Assembly: GCA_030692515.1 (NCBI GenBank)
Contig: JAUXZS010000016.1
Span: 68,313-132,312, forward strand
DNA from: Bacteroidota bacterium
GTDB lineage: Bacteria; Bacteroidota; Bacteroidia; B-17B0; Aurantibacillaceae
Reading direction: 5' to 3'
Length of the DNA stretch: 64,000 nucleotides
Every line of letters starts with the position of its first letter. Positions within the stretch are counted from its first letter, which is position 1. Positions 9,192 to 19,200 of this stretch are shown in pieces. The notes under the pieces are model-generated. The model saw only the letters and a list, made by a program, of their open reading frames with translations. It had not been told where the DNA came from and made no database searches. Position numbers and translations under genes: made by a program.

Positions 9192-9274
9192 TTATTCGTA
9201 AAATTAGTGTGCAAAAATAGCCTTTTTTACGTAAAAATCTAATTTGAGGCCCAAAAAACTACCCAAAAAAGGCG

Positions 9275-9282
9275 TATTTTTG
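9275..9282 (+). promoter_or_regulatory. Bacteroidota -7 promoter box TATTTTTG upstream of recF
   Basis: Matches TAnnTTTG, 9 nt before the ATG at 9292. Confidence 0.4.
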
Positions 9283-9291
9283 CTAAAATCA

Positions 9292-10401
9292 ATGTATTTA
9301 AAGCAACTTTCCATAATAAATTTCAAAAACTATGCAGAATTTGAGGGGCAATTCTCTAAAAAGATTAATTGTTTTGTGGGAAATAATGGCATGGGTAAAA
9401 CCAATTTGTTAGACGCCATCCACTATCTTTCTTTTTGCAAAAGTTTTTTTAATTCTATTGATAGTCAAAATATAAAACACAACGAAGGTTTTTTTGTGCT
9501 TCAAGGAAATTTCGAAAAGTCTGGAGAGCCTTCTGATGTTTATTGTGGTTTAAAACGTAATCAAAAAAAAATATTTAAAAAAAATAAAAGAGAGTACGAA
9601 CGTTTAAGCGAACATATTGGTCAGTTTCCTTTAGTAATGATTTCGCCAAGTGATGCTGATTTAATAAATGGAAGTAGTGATATACGACGTAAGTTTTTAG
9701 ACGGAATTATTTCGCAATACGATAAAGTTTATTTAGATAAATTAATTTCATACATACATGTTTTAAAACAAAGAAATGCTTTACTAAAACAGTTTTATGA
9801 AAACAGAACTTTTGATTCTGAATCTTTAGAAATTTGGGACGATCAATTAATTAATTATGGAGCTTCTATTTTAGAAATTCGTCAGCAATTTTTAAAACAT
9901 TTTATTCCTTTGTTTAACTCTCATTATCAATTTATAAGCGAAAGCAAAGAAGAAGTTGCTTTGCATTATGAAAACAGCTTAGGAGAAAAAGATTTTAAAA
10001 CGGCCATTATTACCTCTCTTGCCCGCGACAGAAGTGTTAATTACACAACTGTTGGCCCTCATAAAGATGATTTAGAGTTTACATTGAATGATTTTAGTTT
10101 AAAAAAGTTTGCCTCGCAAGGACAACAAAAATCATACTTACTCGCATTAAAGTTGGCACAATTTGAATTTATTAAAGAACAAAAAAACATAAAACCTTTA
10201 TTATTATTAGATGATGTTTATGATAAATTAGATGAGGAGCGCTTCTCTAAATTATTAGAGATGGTAAGTGGTGATGCTTTTGGACAAGTATTTATTACAG
10301 ATACTCATCCCGAAAGAATTGAACATTTGCTCAATAAAAAACAAATAGAAAATAAAATTTTTATTGTTGGCGAAGGTTATGCAAAATTAATTGAAACCTG
10401 A
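9292..10401 (+). CDS. recF: DNA replication and repair protein RecF
   Basis: MYLKQLSIINFKNY start and Walker A GNNGMGKTNLLDA. SMC-like signature SQGQQKS and Walker B LLLLDDV. A TAnnTTTG box at 9275-9282 favours the ATG at 9292 over the TTG at 9244. Confidence 0.85.
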   Translation: MYLKQLSIINFKNYAEFEGQFSKKINCFVGNNGMGKTNLLDAIHYLSFCKSFFNSIDSQNIKHNEGFFVLQGNFEKSGEPSDVYCGLKRNQKKIFKKNKREYERLSEHIGQFPLVMISPSDADLINGSSDIRRKFLDGIISQYDKVYLDKLISYIHVLKQRNALLKQFYENRTFDSESLEIWDDQLINYGASILEIRQQFLKHFIPLFNSHYQFISESKEEVALHYENSLGEKDFKTAIITSLARDRSVNYTTVGPHKDDLEFTLNDFSLKKFASQGQQKSYLLALKLAQFEFIKEQKNIKPLLLLDDVYDKLDEERFSKLLEMVSGDAFGQVFITDTHPERIEHLLNKKQIENKIFIVGEGYAKLIET

Positions 10402-10413
10402 TTCTTTACATTT

Positions 10414-10546
10414 TTAAACCAGATAGTAACATAGCTTTTTCTTATTGCAAAAAAATAGTTCTCCTGACTCTTGAAGCAACGTTTCAACCCTTATGTTAAA
10501 CTAAATAAAAATCTTGAAAATATTAACTATGTGCCTATGTGGTTAA
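10414..10546. repeat. long imperfect inverted repeat built of CATAG-type units at the recF/asnS convergent junction
   Basis: The left arm TTAAACCAGATAGTAACATAG matches the reverse complement of CTATGTGCCTATGTGGTTAA at 17 of 20 positions with one gap. The arms are about 92 nt apart. Confidence 0.55.
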
Positions 10547-10570
10547 TAACATCCAGAGAAAAATCTCTAA

Positions 10571-12004
10571 TTAAAACTCACAATTTTTTGGTGTACGCGG
10601 AAAAGGAATTACATCACGAATATTTGTCATGCCGGTAACAAACAAAACCAAACGCTCAAAACCTAAACCAAATCCCGCATGCGGACAAGTCCCAAATCTT
10701 CTAGTATCTAAATACCACGACAAATCTTCCAAAGGAATACCTATTTCATTCATGCGCGTTTCTAGTTTTTCTAAACGTTCTTCACGCTGAGAACCACCAA
10801 CAATTTCTCCAATACCGGGAAATAAAATATCCATTGCGGCTACAGTTTTTCCATCATCATTCTGACGCATGTAAAACGATTTTATTTCTTTAGGATAATC
10901 CGTTAAAATAACTGGCTTTCTAAAATGCTTTTCAACCAAATAGCGCTCATGCTCACTCTGTAAATCAACACCCCACTTATCTATTAAATATTGAAATTTC
11001 TTTTTCTTGTTGTGGTTACTCTCTCTTAATATTTCAATTGCTTGAGTATACGTAACACGTTCAAATTTATTTTCTAAACAAAATTTTAATTTATCCAATA
11101 AGGATAATTCGCTTCTTTCGTTTTGAGGCTTTTGTTTTTCCTCCTCCTCTAAACGTTGAGATAAAAATTCTAGGTCTTCTAAATTATTATCTAAAGCATG
11201 TTTAATTACATATTGCAACATTTCTTCAGCCAAATCCATATTATCCTTTAACTCATAAAAGGCCATCTCCGGTTCAATCATCCAAAATTCTGCTAAATGG
11301 CGAGCGGTGTTACTATTCTCTGCTCTAAAAGTTGGACCAAAAGTATAAATATCAGAAAAAGCCATTGCCGCTAACTCGCCTTCTAATTGTCCTGATACCG
11401 TAAGGTTTACAGATTTACCAAAAAAATCTTGTTTATAATCAATTGCTCCGTTTTCATCTTTTGGAGGATTTGCAATATCAAAATTAGTAACATGAAACAT
11501 TTCCCCTGCTCCTTCAGCATCACTGGATGTGATGATAGGTGTATGAATGTATAAGAATCCTTTTTCATTAAAAAATTTGTGTACCGCAAAGGCTAAACTA
11601 TTACGAACACGAAATACAGCGCCAAAAGTATTTGTACGAAAACGTAAATGCGCTATTTCACGCAAAAATTCTAAACTATGTTTTTTAGGTTGTAAAGGAT
11701 ATTTTTCAGCATCACTATCTCCAATAATTTCAACAGAAGTAGCTTTCACTTCAACTGTTTGCCCTTTACCTTGCGAGGCAATTAAAATTCCGGTAGCACT
11801 AATAGCTGCGCCTGTTGTAATACGTTTAAGAATTTCTTCGGGTGTAGTTGTAAAGTCAACTACAACCTGCAAATTATTATTAGTAGAGCCGTCATTTAAT
11901 GCAATGAATGAATTGTTTCTGAATGTACGCACCCAACCTTTTACAGTAATTGTTTGGTTTGTTGGTGTTGTTTTAAGAATATCTTTTATTCGTATACGGC
12001 TCAT
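10571..12004 (-). CDS. asnS: asparagine--tRNA ligase
   Basis: Class IIb aaRS blocks: OB-fold N-terminus, [29 protein letters not shown], and C-terminal [10 protein letters not shown]...IPFPR. Confidence 0.92.
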   Translation of the reverse strand: MSRIRIKDILKTTPTNQTITVKGWVRTFRNNSFIALNDGSTNNNLQVVVDFTTTPEEILKRITTGAAISATGILIASQGKGQTVEVKATSVEIIGDSDAEKYPLQPKKHSLEFLREIAHLRFRTNTFGAVFRVRNSLAFAVHKFFNEKGFLYIHTPIITSSDAEGAGEMFHVTNFDIANPPKDENGAIDYKQDFFGKSVNLTVSGQLEGELAAMAFSDIYTFGPTFRAENSNTARHLAEFWMIEPEMAFYELKDNMDLAEEMLQYVIKHALDNNLEDLEFLSQRLEEEEKQKPQNERSELSLLDKLKFCLENKFERVTYTQAIEILRESNHNKKKKFQYLIDKWGVDLQSEHERYLVEKHFRKPVILTDYPKEIKSFYMRQNDDGKTVAAMDILFPGIGEIVGGSQREERLEKLETRMNEIGIPLEDLSWYLDTRRFGTCPHAGFGLGFERLVLFVTGMTNIRDVIPFPRTPKNCEF

Positions 12005-12095
12005 AATAACTTCTAATTTAAGAGTTCAAATTTAAGAAGATTTTAGTGATAATGTCACGATATTTCAACGGCCATAAAGAATAATTTAAAGAAAA

Positions 12096-12338
12096 TCAAC
12101 CTTCCTTAACCCTCATGTACTCTTCTTCACTAATCTCTTCCGCCATTTCAAAATAATTAATTACCAAATCATGAATAAAAACCATTTCCGGAAACTGATT
12201 TGCTTCCGTTAATTTAATTACCTTTTTACTACCTATAATCTGTATTTCCTCAAACAATTTAGGTTGTATAATTTTAAAATAACTCTTGCTATTTTTATAC
12301 TTACGGTAAACCGGAAAGTTTATATCTTTAAAATCCAT
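12096..12338 (-). CDS. hypothetical 80-aa protein upstream of asnS
   Basis: Only an uninterrupted ORF with an ATG in a non-overlapped gap. No motif recognised. Confidence 0.35.
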   Translation of the reverse strand: MDFKDINFPVYRKYKNSKSYFKIIQPKLFEEIQIIGSKKVIKLTEANQFPEMVFIHDLVINYFEMAEEISEEEYMRVKEG

Positions 12339-15195
12339 GGCTAAGCCTTTTTTAAAATTAATTGCAGAATACGTTTTCGAAAATTACAAAGATAATTTAG
12401 AACAACTATGTATTATTTTACCTAATAAACGTGGCGCTTTATTTTTAAAGAATTATTTAGCGCAAACCTTTGGTAAAACAATTTGGCTCCCAACTATTAT
12501 AAGTGCCGAAGATTTAATTGCCGAGTTAAGCGAATTAAAAACTCTTGAGGAAATAGATTTAATTTGTTATTTATACGATAGCTATAAAATTTGCTATGGT
12601 AGCGAAGCTGAAAATTTTGACAGCTTTGCCAAATGGGGACAATTAATTTTACAAGATTTTAATGAGATTGATAGATATTTAGCCGACTCTGAACAACTTT
12701 ATGAAAACCTTAAAGACATTAAAGTTCTTGAGAATTGGAGTCTTGGTGCCGAAACATTAAGTGAATACCAAACCAACTATTTAAAATTTATGAATAGTTT
12801 GGGGCCAATTTACAAACACTTTAGTAATTTTTTAGTTTCAAAAAAATGGGCCTATCAAGGATTAGCATACAAACACGCGGTATTAAATTTTGATAATAGT
12901 AATTACCCCAATCAATTTTATAAACTAATTTTTTGCGGCTTTAATGCCTTAAATGCTGCAGAACTAAACATCTTTAATAAATTATACCTTCAAAAAAAAG
13001 CGGATATTTTATGGGATGCTGATGAGTATTATTTAAAAGATAAAAATCAAGAAGCCGGTTTGTTTCTTAGAAATAATTTTAACTTATTTCAACAGCGCGA
13101 ACCGTCGTTTATCCAAAATAATTTTATTGAAGATAAAACTATTCAAATAATTTCGGTACCAAAACAAATTGGGCAAGCGCAAGTTGTAAAACAAACCGTA
13201 CAAAAATTTATCGACGATAATATTCCCTTAGATAAAGTTGCTATAGTTTTGGCAAATGAAAAATTATTGTGGCCAGTGTTACAACAATTGCCAAGCGGCG
13301 TAGAGCATGTAAACATCACTATGGAATACCCATTGCGATACACTTCTACATATAGCTTAATTGAACAGTTGTTGCAACTACAATTAAGTTTTTCGAAACA
13401 AACTAGACAACATAAAACAATTTATCATAAAGATTTAATAGCTCTTTTACGCCAGCCTATTTTTGCAACCTATTTACGCAACAAAAATAGTGGCTTAGAT
13501 ATTTCAAAAATAATTAATCAAATTACTGAAAGAAATATATCTTTTATTACATCAAAAAATTTAACTCAACTTTTTAATACAGAAAATACGACGCTTTTTA
13601 ATTTATTACAACCTGCAAAATCTGTAAGTGATTTGTGCAGCCATTATTTACAATTGCTTCAAAATATAAAGGAACTATTTATTGCACAACCATCTACTAA
13701 TCAATCAAGTTTAGAATTGGAATATTTACAAATCATTATTAAAAACTTCAATCGTTTAACCGAAATAATTCAAAAATACCCACACTTTAATGATGTGTTA
13801 TCGTTTAAACAATTGTTTGGCCAAATAGTTGGCAACTCCTCTGCTCCATTTATTGGCGAGCCTTTAAGAGGTTTGCAAATTATGGGTGTTTTAGAAACGC
13901 GAACTTTAGATTTTGACCATGTAGTATTTGTAAATGTAAATGAAAGTGTTTTACCCTCTGGCAAAACTGTAAATTCATTTATACCAAATGATTTAAAGAG
14001 AGCGTTTGGTTTACCGCTTTATATAGAAAAAGATGCGATATATGCATATCACTTTTATAGGTTATTACAAAGAGCAAGCGATGTTGTTATTACTTATGAC
14101 AGTGAAACAGACACTTTTGGAAAAGGAGAAAAAAGCAGATTTGTTACTCAGCTACAATTAGAAATGCAAGTAACCAATCCCAATATTAAAATCTCCGAAG
14201 AGGTTGCTTTATTTTCACAATTCCCGAAAGAGCTTGAAAATGTTATTACGATCATTAAGGACGAAGAAGTACTATCCCCCATTTATCAAAAGGCAATTAG
14301 CAACCAAGAATTTGGCGCGCTTTCTCCATCAGGATTAATTTCTTTTAAGGAGTGTAGCTTGAAATTTTACTTTAGATATGGCGCCAAATTAAAAGAGACA
14401 AAAGAAGTAGAAGAAAGTGCTGAAGCAAATACATTTGGTTCTATTTTACATTTGAGTTTAGAAAATTTATACAAAGGTTTTATCGGGAAAATTTTAAACG
14501 AAAACGAACTAAAAGAAAAAATAAAGCAAATTGAAAGCATTGTTCACCAGAGCTTTATCAGCTTTTTTGATAATTCAGAAATTATTGGGAAAGGGATTTT
14601 ACAAAAAGAAGTAATTCAGGTTTATGTAGAGAAATTGATTAAAAAAGACATTCGTTTTGTAAATAAACTAAAGGAAGAAAACCAATACCTTACTTTAAAA
14701 AATTTAGAGCAAGAATTATCTGCGGCTTTAGAAATTGATATTAATGGCGTGCCAACAACAATTTATATAAAAGGAAAAATTGACAGAATTGATTCGCACG
14801 AAGGAAAAACCAGAATAATAGATTACAAAAGCTCTCTAAAATCTTCAGATAAATTTTCGTTTACGTCGTTCGATGAATTATTTTTGAATACAGAATACAA
14901 TAAACAATTTCAATTATTTATGTATGCTTGGTTATTATTTAAAAATAATTATTGCGCTCCCGAGCAAATGCAACCTTGTATTATTCCCTTTAAAAACTTT
15001 TTAGAAGAGCCCAAATATATTTCAAGAGATAAAAATCCACTTGTTTTCACGAAAGATTTTTTAATTGATTTTGAAAATGAACTGAAACGTTTTGTTGAAA
15101 ATATTTTCGAAAACACTATTCCCTTTTCACAAACAGAAGATGAAGACATTTGTGAATACTGCGCTTATAATGTGATTTGTAATAGACAAAAATAA
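12337..15195 (+). CDS. PD-(D/E)XK nuclease family protein, AddB/RexB-like
   Basis: 952 aa. C-terminal nuclease motif GKIDRID...RIIDYKSS and a terminal Cys cluster, CEYCAYNVIC, as in AddB-type Fe-S nuclease domains. Confidence 0.7.
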   Translation: MAKPFLKLIAEYVFENYKDNLEQLCIILPNKRGALFLKNYLAQTFGKTIWLPTIISAEDLIAELSELKTLEEIDLICYLYDSYKICYGSEAENFDSFAKWGQLILQDFNEIDRYLADSEQLYENLKDIKVLENWSLGAETLSEYQTNYLKFMNSLGPIYKHFSNFLVSKKWAYQGLAYKHAVLNFDNSNYPNQFYKLIFCGFNALNAAELNIFNKLYLQKKADILWDADEYYLKDKNQEAGLFLRNNFNLFQQREPSFIQNNFIEDKTIQIISVPKQIGQAQVVKQTVQKFIDDNIPLDKVAIVLANEKLLWPVLQQLPSGVEHVNITMEYPLRYTSTYSLIEQLLQLQLSFSKQTRQHKTIYHKDLIALLRQPIFATYLRNKNSGLDISKIINQITERNISFITSKNLTQLFNTENTTLFNLLQPAKSVSDLCSHYLQLLQNIKELFIAQPSTNQSSLELEYLQIIIKNFNRLTEIIQKYPHFNDVLSFKQLFGQIVGNSSAPFIGEPLRGLQIMGVLETRTLDFDHVVFVNVNESVLPSGKTVNSFIPNDLKRAFGLPLYIEKDAIYAYHFYRLLQRASDVVITYDSETDTFGKGEKSRFVTQLQLEMQVTNPNIKISEEVALFSQFPKELENVITIIKDEEVLSPIYQKAISNQEFGALSPSGLISFKECSLKFYFRYGAKLKETKEVEESAEANTFGSILHLSLENLYKGFIGKILNENELKEKIKQIESIVHQSFISFFDNSEIIGKGILQKEVIQVYVEKLIKKDIRFVNKLKEENQYLTLKNLEQELSAALEIDINGVPTTIYIKGKIDRIDSHEGKTRIIDYKSSLKSSDKFSFTSFDELFLNTEYNKQFQLFMYAWLLFKNNYCAPEQMQPCIIPFKNFLEEPKYISRDKNPLVFTKDFLIDFENELKRFVENIFENTIPFSQTEDEDICEYCAYNVICNRQK

Positions 15196-15206
15196 TTTTT
15201 ACTTTT

Positions 15207-17279
15207 TTATTCTGCCAACACCAAATTCTCCATCCCCACTGTCATTTTCATTAAGCCAAATTTAATAAATACTTTTTCGTTTTTAATTTCTTCGATAACA
15301 CCAACTTCAGTGCCGCTTAATATTTTTACTTTAGTGCCAACTTTTAAGTTTGGTTTTATACGAGCAATTTTCTTTTCGGAGTAAGTATCTAGTTTTTTCA
15401 GCCTCCTTAATTCTTCTTGTTTTTTTGTCTCAGCGGTAATACCATCAATAAACCGTTTTATCACTAACTTCCTATCTCCTTTAATATTCCAATCATCCAT
15501 TAAACGTAAATATTTTTGACCATAGTCTGCTAACTTTGCCAACTCAATTTTTCTATCCCTTTCCCTTGTAATTTTATCTTGCCAGTTATCAAATAAAGTG
15601 TGGTATTTTTCTTTGGCTATTTTTTTCAAAAATTCTTCATGCTCCAACTTTTGAAGTTGTTCATCTAATTTTGTTTTTTGAGACTGCACTTCAGATAACA
15701 AACGATTTAATTTTAATTTGTCCTTATCTACTTTTTGTTTTGCTCGTTCAATAATATGTTTGGGAAATCCCACTCTTTCAGCGACTTCAAAGGTATAACT
15801 ACTTCCGGGCTCGCCAATACTTAAAATATATTTAGGTTCTAAGTGTTCAATATCAAATAACATACAGCCATTAAATGTACCTTCCAATTTTTCCGCTAAC
15901 AACTTAACATTGCTAAAATGCGAAGTAATAACTGCTTTTGTTTTTGAACTTTCAATACTTTCCAAAACCGCTTCTGCAATAGCACCGCCTAATTCAGGGT
16001 CTGTGCCGCTTCCAAATTCATCCATTAAAACCAAAGTACTTTCGTTTACTTCGTTTAAAATTGATGTCATTGATTTTAATTTGGCGCTATACGTACTTAA
16101 TTCATTTTCTATACTTTGAGTATCGCCAATATCAATTAAAATATTTTCAAAAAAACAATAATTACTATTTTCTTTTACAGGAATAAGTAAACCACCTTGC
16201 AGCATCATTTGTAAAAGTCCAATTGTTTTTAAGGCAATTGATTTTCCCCCAGCATTTGGACCACTAATTACCAACACCCTGTTTTCGGAATTTAATTGAA
16301 GCGTAAGTGGTACTGTTTGCCTCCCAGATTTTTTATTTTGCAAAAATAATAAAGGATGAAAAGCAGAAATAATATTTAAATCATAACCTTCTTTTAGTTC
16401 TGGTAAATTGGCATTTAATTCTACTGCAAAAAGTGCTTTTGCCATTAAAAAGTCAATGAAACTCAAAGTTTTAAAACCGCTTTTTATTTCAGGAATATAT
16501 GGCTTTATTAGGGCGCATAATTCTCGCAATATTTTATTTATCTCTCTTTGTTCGTCAATTTCAAGTTCGGCAACTTCATTATTAATGGCAATTGTTACTC
16601 CGGGCTCAATAAATATTGTTTTGCCACTTTCGCTTTTACTATGCACAAAGCCCGAAATTTCTGCTTTATATTCCACCAAAACCGCCAATGTTCTCCGTCC
16701 ATTAAAGAATCCTTCTTCATTATCTCTTAAATATCCGAGCTTACGTAAATCATTAATGTGATTATAAAAACGTTTATCACTTTCTCTACGTTTTTCGGTT
16801 ATTTGTTTTCTAATTCTATTTAATTCACCCGACGCATTACTTTTTACCTGAGCTTCAACATCAATAATTCGATTTATTTCAGCTACAACAATTTCACATA
16901 CGTTTATAGTGTCAACCACTTCATGAAGATGTGGCATCGCGGTTTTTTTGCTTTTTAAAAATCGAATCAAGGTATTAATTACCTCAACTGTTTTTAAAAA
17001 CTTTAGTAGTTGAGTTTCGTGTAGTAAAGAACCATCTAAATTTAAAATAGTTAGTTCTTCACTTATATCTTCATGATCGATACTTGGAAAAAAGCCATTA
17101 GCTGCTATAACTAATTTTATCTCGTTGGTTTGCTGCAATTCTTTTTGAATCTGAGAAATATGCTTTTTAATTGAAATGTTATCGCACATCAATTTTGCAT
17201 GTTTACCACAGCACTTTTGTTTTACAAGTTGTTTTATTTTATCAAACTGAAGAAGTTCAATATTTTTCTCAGAAATCAT
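15207..17279 (-). CDS. mutS2: MutS2-family ATPase (no Smr domain visible)
   Basis: MutS domain V blocks ISGPNAGGKSIALKT, LVLMDEFGSGTDP and TSHF. The C-terminus ends in a KOW-like beta segment rather than an Smr motif. Confidence 0.8.
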   Translation of the reverse strand: MISEKNIELLQFDKIKQLVKQKCCGKHAKLMCDNISIKKHISQIQKELQQTNEIKLVIAANGFFPSIDHEDISEELTILNLDGSLLHETQLLKFLKTVEVINTLIRFLKSKKTAMPHLHEVVDTINVCEIVVAEINRIIDVEAQVKSNASGELNRIRKQITEKRRESDKRFYNHINDLRKLGYLRDNEEGFFNGRRTLAVLVEYKAEISGFVHSKSESGKTIFIEPGVTIAINNEVAELEIDEQREINKILRELCALIKPYIPEIKSGFKTLSFIDFLMAKALFAVELNANLPELKEGYDLNIISAFHPLLFLQNKKSGRQTVPLTLQLNSENRVLVISGPNAGGKSIALKTIGLLQMMLQGGLLIPVKENSNYCFFENILIDIGDTQSIENELSTYSAKLKSMTSILNEVNESTLVLMDEFGSGTDPELGGAIAEAVLESIESSKTKAVITSHFSNVKLLAEKLEGTFNGCMLFDIEHLEPKYILSIGEPGSSYTFEVAERVGFPKHIIERAKQKVDKDKLKLNRLLSEVQSQKTKLDEQLQKLEHEEFLKKIAKEKYHTLFDNWQDKITRERDRKIELAKLADYGQKYLRLMDDWNIKGDRKLVIKRFIDGITAETKKQEELRRLKKLDTYSEKKIARIKPNLKVGTKVKILSGTEVGVIEEIKNEKVFIKFGLMKMTVGMENLVLAE

Positions 17280-17359
17280 GCTTTGTACAAATTACAAGTT
17301 AAATAAATCTTTGTAATAAAACAACAAAGGTAAGGTTTTGTTAGCTGTCTCTTTTCCAC

Positions 17360-17367
17360 TATTTTTG
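17360..17367 (+). promoter_or_regulatory. -7 box TATTTTTG upstream of the DUF349 gene
   Basis: Matches TAnnTTTG, 24 nt before the ATG at 17392. Confidence 0.4.
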
Positions 17368-17391
17368 GGGTAAAGAATAAAAAACAAGATA

Positions 17392-19125
17392 ATGAAGACT
17401 GAATTAATTTCTAAACTAGAAGAACTGCTAACGAAAGATGCAGGTGAAGTTGCTACTAATGTGCGTGCTCTGCAGAAAGAGTATCAAAAACTTTGGACAG
17501 CTGAATTTGAAACCGCCAGACAAGCCTTTGTAGACGAAGGTGGCAAGGCAAAAGAATTTGAATATGCTAAACAAGCTGAAGACCTTGCGTTTGAAGTGTT
17601 GATTGACAAGCATGCTAAAATGAAAAAAGAACTAGAAGCTAAAGTGGTTGTAGAGCAGGGAAAAAATCTCTCTATTAAACTTGAAATAATCTCCAAAATT
17701 AAAGATTTAAGTAAATTAAGTGATAATGTTGGTGCAGCTGTTAAAATGTTGCAAGAATTACAAAGTCAATGGAAAAACACGGGTTCTGTTTCTTCCCATA
17801 AATACAAAGAAGTGCAGGCGGATTATAGTAGAGCCGTTGAAGATTTTTATTATAACCTAAAAATTTTCCGCGATTTACAAGAGCACGACCTTAAAAGAAA
17901 TTTTGAGTTAAAAACAGATTTACTTGTAAAATTAAAAGCAATTCAATCTTTAGAAAACATTAAGGAAGCAGAACGCTTAATAAAAGTTTACCGTAACGAG
18001 TGGGATGAAATTGGTCCTGTACCAAATAGTAAATGGGAAATTATTAAACAGGAATATAAAACTGTTTTAGACGAAACTTATTCCAAAATAAAAACTCATT
18101 ATCATGGGCTTGAAGAGAAAAAAGAAACTAATTTAACTTCTAAATTAGAATTAATTGAAAAAGCTAAAGCCCTTGTAGCCGCAGCAGCTGAGGGTAATGT
18201 TAAATGGAATGAAACTACCGACCAGTTAATTGCACTACAAAACGAATGGAAAACAGTTGGTAGAACAACAGAAAAAGATAACGAAAAAATTTGGGCAGAA
18301 TTCAGAGCAATTTGCGATTCGTTTTTTGATAAGAAAAAAGAATATTTTGCTGGTTTAAATGAAAAATTTGCTGCCAACAGAAAAATTAAATCTGAATTAA
18401 TTTCAAAAGCAGATGCTTTAAAAACGAGTACCGATTGGCAAAAAACCACTCAGGACTTAATAAAACTACAAGAATCTTGGAAAAAACATCCAAGTAATGG
18501 CGACAAAGAAGAACCGAAATTATTTCATCGTTTCCGTCAGGCTTGTAATGCTTTTTTTGAAGCTAAAAAGAAATTCTATGAAAGTTTAGACGCTTCTTTT
18601 GAAACAAACCTAGTGGCAAAAGAAGAAATTCTTGCTCGCTTTATTGCGTTTAAGCCAGGAGATGATGGTGCCGCTAATCGTGAACAAATAAAAACTTTTA
18701 CCAGCGAATGGAATGGTGCAGGAATGGTGCCGATGAAAGATAAAAAACGTTTAAACGACGCCTTCTATAATCGTGTGGATGAATTGTATGAGCAAATGAA
18801 TATTGATAAAAAAGAAATTGCGGTTATGCAATTCAGAACAAAAATAGACCGTATGGTTGGAGCCGAAAATGGCACTGAGCTTTTACGCAAAGAATCTGAT
18901 TTCCTTAAAAAAATAAGCGACGAAATAACTAGCAATATTCGTACCTATGATAACAATTTAGGCTTCTTTAAAAATTCAAAAGGCAGCAACAGTTTTATGA
19001 AGGAGATTGAAGATAAAATTGCGACTGAAAAAGCTAAAATTTCGGAACTAGATGCCAAACGTAAATTAATAAATGATGAATTAACAAAACTTCGTAATGC
19101 CGATAAACCAAAAACCGAAGCATAA
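17392..19125 (+). CDS. DUF349 repeat protein
   Basis: Repeated helical units of about 75 aa, each carrying a W..xG motif (QSQWKNTGSV, RNEWDEIGPVP, QNEWKTVGRT, QESWKKHPS, TSEWNGAGMVP). Confidence 0.7.
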   Translation: MKTELISKLEELLTKDAGEVATNVRALQKEYQKLWTAEFETARQAFVDEGGKAKEFEYAKQAEDLAFEVLIDKHAKMKKELEAKVVVEQGKNLSIKLEIISKIKDLSKLSDNVGAAVKMLQELQSQWKNTGSVSSHKYKEVQADYSRAVEDFYYNLKIFRDLQEHDLKRNFELKTDLLVKLKAIQSLENIKEAERLIKVYRNEWDEIGPVPNSKWEIIKQEYKTVLDETYSKIKTHYHGLEEKKETNLTSKLELIEKAKALVAAAAEGNVKWNETTDQLIALQNEWKTVGRTTEKDNEKIWAEFRAICDSFFDKKKEYFAGLNEKFAANRKIKSELISKADALKTSTDWQKTTQDLIKLQESWKKHPSNGDKEEPKLFHRFRQACNAFFEAKKKFYESLDASFETNLVAKEEILARFIAFKPGDDGAANREQIKTFTSEWNGAGMVPMKDKKRLNDAFYNRVDELYEQMNIDKKEIAVMQFRTKIDRMVGAENGTELLRKESDFLKKISDEITSNIRTYDNNLGFFKNSKGSNSFMKEIEDKIATEKAKISELDAKRKLINDELTKLRNADKPKTEA

Positions 19126-19146
19126 TTTATTTTAAAAACTTTCTAT

Positions 19147-19183
19147 AAAAAAAATCCCCTTGGATAACCAAGGGGATTTTTTT
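19147..19183. terminator. bidirectional intrinsic terminator between the DUF349 gene (+) and gmk (-)
   Basis: AAAATCCCCTTGG-ATAA-CCAAGGGGATTTT: a perfect 13-bp stem flanked by A-run and T-run on both sides. Confidence 0.8.
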
Positions 19184-19200
19184 ATTTCGAAAAAACAAGT

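Noticed and set aside
9244-9291. N-terminal extensions offered by the ORF track: recF from TTG 9244, gmk up to 19854, PSP1 up to 27136, paaB up to 49398, paaA up to 50368 and folB from 22418.
   Set aside because: In each case the family-typical N-terminus begins at an internal ATG. The extension is unconserved-looking sequence, and for recF it would include the predicted -7 promoter box.
11547-12035. A 162-aa ORF antisense to asnS, plus similar long antisense ORFs at 16408-16761, 18102-18449, 23388-23741, 33918-34328 and 52552-52908.
   Set aside because: Each lies entirely inside a strongly motif-supported gene on the other strand. Their translations are low-complexity (Ser/Leu/Ile/Phe-rich) with no recognisable motif. 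They are best explained as shadow ORFs of codon-biased genes.
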